Below are positions 62,101-64,000 of a stretch of DNA of 64,000 nucleotides, piece by piece (position 1 is the first letter of the stretch; each line of letters begins with the position of its first letter). The DNA is from Planctomycetota bacterium (GTDB lineage Bacteria; Planctomycetota; UBA11346). The DNA lies in the NCBI GenBank assembly GCA_035627695.1, contig DASPLE010000112.1, forward strand, positions 5,626-69,625, read 5' to 3'. The notes under the pieces were generated by a model, which saw only the letters and a program-made list of their open reading frames with translations, did not search any database and had not been told where the DNA came from. A program made the position numbers and the translations under genes.

Positions 62101-62333
62101 TCGGCGAGATCGACGAGGCCGGCCTACGCTCGCAGCCCTACCGCCAGTTCGCCGAGGCCGATCTGCTGCTCGCCCAGGCGGTGATGGCGGAGCGGCGTGG
62201 CGATCGCGCCGCCGCCGTGGCGTCCTACGGCGCGTGGTCCGACATCCCGCGCTGGCGGCGTGCCGAGGCGATCGACCCGGTGTGCGAGGAGTTCGTCGCC
62301 TGGCGGGTGAGGACGCTCGCGGCCGCGCGCTGA
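59136..62333 (+). CDS. Membrane Ser/Thr protein kinase with extracytoplasmic concanavalin/DUF1080-like domain and TPR-like helical repeats
   Basis: In-frame ATG at 59136 in track ORF 56547..62333. Kinase motifs LAAKVL, HQDVKPDNIML, VDWGS, GTPLYMAPE. TM LAIAVALPVAATILVLVGLLY. Lectin-fold segment FAVRDGALV...LRVELRDNVLTLAVDG...FDDVRVYR. Confidence 0.9.
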   Translation: MRDQPIGDPSVAAGAMTPARPSTSWAVTMQATLRAGANDGWERVARDARAAAAAPALRGVDLATRLRDAGRAGDEGGPRYRVDQQLGHGATAGVWAIHDRSLDRPLAAKVLDGSEVDRHLDALIAEARTTASLQHPNVVPVHEIEIGDDGRPYFTMDRVDGRSLGSVLIASLPTKRDAAVPDLNAVVSVLIAVANAVSYAHHRGVIHQDVKPDNIMLGTFGEVLLVDWGSSQRLDVVPQRICGTPLYMAPEQARRGQVDRRSDIYALGATLFHALMLRPPLCDDDEASFWRRKRDGDIDQPTADERRRVPEALTAIAAKAMATDPGARYATVEALIADLRSYQAGLAVTAQRETWTRRGARWLRRNRLAIAVALPVAATILVLVGLLYSQRLKQVAFWGQPVLHETFDDATLARWAPSHGNFAVRDGALVTTTRTNILILRERLTGDLAFEYDAWTTPGALPGDLSLMWFDEVRFDVNSDGHPNPGRAIAVPEHATQVQFGAHDGAYTMVTIGRHLLYDDARPIPGQRHHLRVELRDNVLTLAVDGVERCRHVDALPFRGGYLGLYGYYPGQAFDDVRVYRRHPPELVPACAVGDSYLRDGDHARAAAEYAVVIAAHPGTATADEAAFRAGLARWREGDALAADALWRSMAGTTWDDEIALLRLDAELQRGADAPLIAAIDRLAIERPALTHRLGDLWCSAMEALLARPATVANRALAGAYLELRDRRLGAHTGSRINAARGLLYLERWQEVLDRFPQQRSQCCAAQIALGRPDVVIDRYPDRNVMVFEALLASGRYDEFVTRCQMDNGYDPRRDRHVMGQMGETALAAELYPWDQMRLADAGIFSASTTPSPDDWGWRRRMVLSGRAEAIPAEAAAGDMAVLMALGRIDDALALSDHQEPRFYAWPRYLVGLRAAIAGDLAGARRWFTVPPNRVFTQLRCEPARTLILPWLRELRGESDALARACVDTRDRWRWFERQRAWHLARYVLGEIDEAGLRSQPYRQFAEADLLLAQAVMAERRGDRAAAVASYGAWSDIPRWRRAEAIDPVCEEFVAWRVRTLAAAR

Positions 62334-62335
62334 GA

Positions 62336-63403
62336 TCAGGCCCCCGCGTAGCGCGATGCCGGCGAGGGCTGCAGCCGGACGAGGTCGCCGCTGCGCGCGG
62401 ACCGGTAGATCGCCAGGACGACGCGCACCGACTCGCGCGCCTCGTCCGGAGCGACCGGCGGCTGACGGCCCTCGCGCAGCGCGTCGACCACCTCCTGCAG
62501 CTGCCGGCGATGACCGTCGCCGGCGACCGTCTGGGCGTTGCCGCCGGGAGCCGGGATCCCGGGCAGCGCGCGCAGGTCCGCATCGCCGGACTCCTCGGCC
62601 ATGAACTCCCAGCGCACGAGGCGGTCGTCCTCCAGCACGGCGCAGCCGCGATCGCCGCTGATCTCGATGCGCCGCGAGAAGCCGGGCCACGACGCGGTCG
62701 ATGCCTGGATGCTCCCGAGCGCGCCGCACGGGAAGCGCAGCGCCGCGACCGCCGTATCCTCCACCTCGATCGCGTCATGCGCGCAGCGCGCGGTGCGCGC
62801 CAGCACCTCGCTCGGCATGCCGACCATCCATTGCAGCAGGTCGACCCCGTGGATGCCCTGGTTCATCAGCGCGCCGCCGCCGTCGAGGTCCCAGGTGCCG
62901 CGCCAACCGCCGGCGCGGTAGTACGCGTCGTCGCGCCACCAGTTGGTCATCGCCTGGCACAGCGCCAGGCGACCGAAACGACCGGCGTCGACCGCCGCCT
63001 TCAACGCCCGCGCGCCGGGCGCGAAGCGGTTCTGGAAGACGCAGGCGATCCGCCTGCCGTGGCGCGCCGCGACCGCGATCATCGCGTCGATGCGATCCTC
63101 GCGCACCTCGATCGGCTTCTCGCAGACCACGTGCTTGCCCGCCGCGAGCGCCGCCAGCGCGGACTCGGCATGCAGCCCGCTCGGCGTGGTGACGCAGACC
63201 ACATCGACGTCGTCGCGGCGGATCAGCGCGCCGAGATCGCCAGCGGCGTCGATGCCGTGCGTCCTGGCGAACGCGGCGCACCGCGCCGGGTCAGGCGACC
63301 AGGCGGCGAGCAGCCGCGCGCCGGCGACCCGGCGCAACGCGAGCGCATGCGTCGCGGCGACCGAACCGGTGCCGACCACGGCGAAGCCGAGCGGCGCGGT
63401 CAT
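62336..63403 (-). CDS. Gfo/Idh/MocA-family oxidoreductase
   Basis: ATG at 63403 within track ORF 62336..63772. FAVVGTGSVAATHA, GKHVVCEKPIE. Confidence 0.9.
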   Translation of the reverse strand: MTAPLGFAVVGTGSVAATHALALRRVAGARLLAAWSPDPARCAAFARTHGIDAAGDLGALIRRDDVDVVCVTTPSGLHAESALAALAAGKHVVCEKPIEVREDRIDAMIAVAARHGRRIACVFQNRFAPGARALKAAVDAGRFGRLALCQAMTNWWRDDAYYRAGGWRGTWDLDGGGALMNQGIHGVDLLQWMVGMPSEVLARTARCAHDAIEVEDTAVAALRFPCGALGSIQASTASWPGFSRRIEISGDRGCAVLEDDRLVRWEFMAEESGDADLRALPGIPAPGGNAQTVAGDGHRRQLQEVVDALREGRQPPVAPDEARESVRVVLAIYRSARSGDLVRLQPSPASRYAGA

Positions 63404-64000
63404 CGTCCCCTCCCGCGCAGGCGCTCGACCAGCCAGGGGATCGAGGCGTGGCCGCGGAACACGTGGCCGCCGTCGTAGTGGTCGAGCGCGAGGGCCTGCG
63501 CGGCGCCGCTCGCGCGATACGCGCTCGCGACGCGGCCGAACGCCGGTTCGAGCGGATAGCGCGCATCGCTGCGACCCGATTCGACGAACAGCGGTCGCGG
63601 CGCGATCAGCGCGGCGATGTCGGGCAGCTCGCAGATCGCGCCGATGCCGCGGGGATGGTGGCAGACGCAGTGCCCATGCCACACGGTCTGGGCGAAGGTG
63701 GTGAAGAAGCCGCTGAGCACGGCGCCCGCGACGCGCTCGTCGAGCGCCGCGAGCAGCTGCGACAGCCAGCATCCGCCCGACAGGCCGGCGGCGCCGATCG
63801 CGCGCGGATCCACGTCGTCGCGCGCGGCGAGCAGCGATACCCCGGCCATCAGCTCGAACACCCGCAGCCCGGTCAGGTCGAGCCCGACGTGGTTCAGCCG
63901 CGCCCAGGCGAGGAAGCAGCCGGTGATGCTGCCGTCGTCGGACATGCGCTCGGCCAGCGCCACGTCGCGTTCGCCCATGCCCGCGTTGTCCGGGGCGAGC
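63400..64000 (-). CDS. Alpha/beta-hydrolase (esterase/dienelactone-hydrolase-like), 5' end outside the window
   Basis: Track ORF 63400..63978, with the open frame continuing to the window edge. Nucleophile elbow GLSGG. The stop overlaps the next start (ATGA). Confidence 0.7.
   Translation of the reverse strand, partial: LAPDNAGMGERDVALAERMSDDGSITGCFLAWARLNHVGLDLTGLRVFELMAGVSLLAARDDVDPRAIGAAGLSGGCWLSQLLAALDERVAGAVLSGFFTTFAQTVWHGHCVCHHPRGIGAICELPDIAALIAPRPLFVESGRSDARYPLEPAFGRVASAYRASGAAQALALDHYDGGHVFRGHASIPWLVERLRGRGR

Noticed and set aside
56547-62333. Single 1928-aa + strand ORF spanning two genes.
   Set aside because: Its first roughly 860 codons are an out-of-frame shadow of the real gene 56722-59091. 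Recognisable kinase sequence starts only after ATG 59136.

Overview
Very GC-rich bacterial chromosomal window (above 70% GC by eye, not computed), densely coding on both strands. About 50 protein genes are supported. I recognised no rRNA, tRNA, CRISPR array, transposase or integrase, so this does not look like a classical mobile island. Because of the GC content, many long Arg/Ala/Gly/Pro-rich ORFs in the track are shadows of real genes in another frame. I called genes from recognisable motifs, high third-position GC and sensible starts.

Gene content by position:
- 1-5.5 kb: a PotA-like ABC ATPase (partial), a Ser/Thr kinase fused to two receiver domains, a GntR/PBP1 regulator and a secreted methyltransferase.
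- 5.6-10.1 kb: a secreted beta-helix/PA14/PKD protein, next to an ECF sigma factor fused through a TM helix to a paralogous beta-helix.
- 11-14.1 kb: ku, a YihY membrane protein and a stand-alone ATP-dependent ligase.
- 14-27 kb and 36-43.5 kb: several AraC-controlled sugar and oxidoreductase modules (Gfo/Idh/MocA, TIM-barrel isomerase, PhyH dioxygenases, GH38 mannosidase, a PIG-L-SIS fusion, a ceramidase-like protein, an AAC(3)-like protein, a DUF4832-like protein and a TPP enzyme).
- 28.9-30.1 kb: an unusual 1.2-kb non-coding, repeat-rich region.
- 30.4-31.5 kb: an orphan AAA ATPase.
- 31.6-36.1 kb: a secreted thioredoxin, an alkaline-ceramidase-like membrane protein, ftsH and two hsp20 genes.
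- 43.5-47.9 kb: an operon of three oversized pseudopilin-like proteins.
- 48.1-62.3 kb: a co-directional locus of secreted glycan-enzyme-like proteins, ending in a membrane Ser/Thr kinase with an extracytoplasmic lectin-fold domain.

The most interesting candidates are the pseudopilin trio next to the glycan locus, the sigma-TM-beta-helix fusion with its paralogous neighbour, the recurring heptanucleotide microsatellite (GCKCGAA)n downstream of genes, and the twin-terminator non-coding hub.
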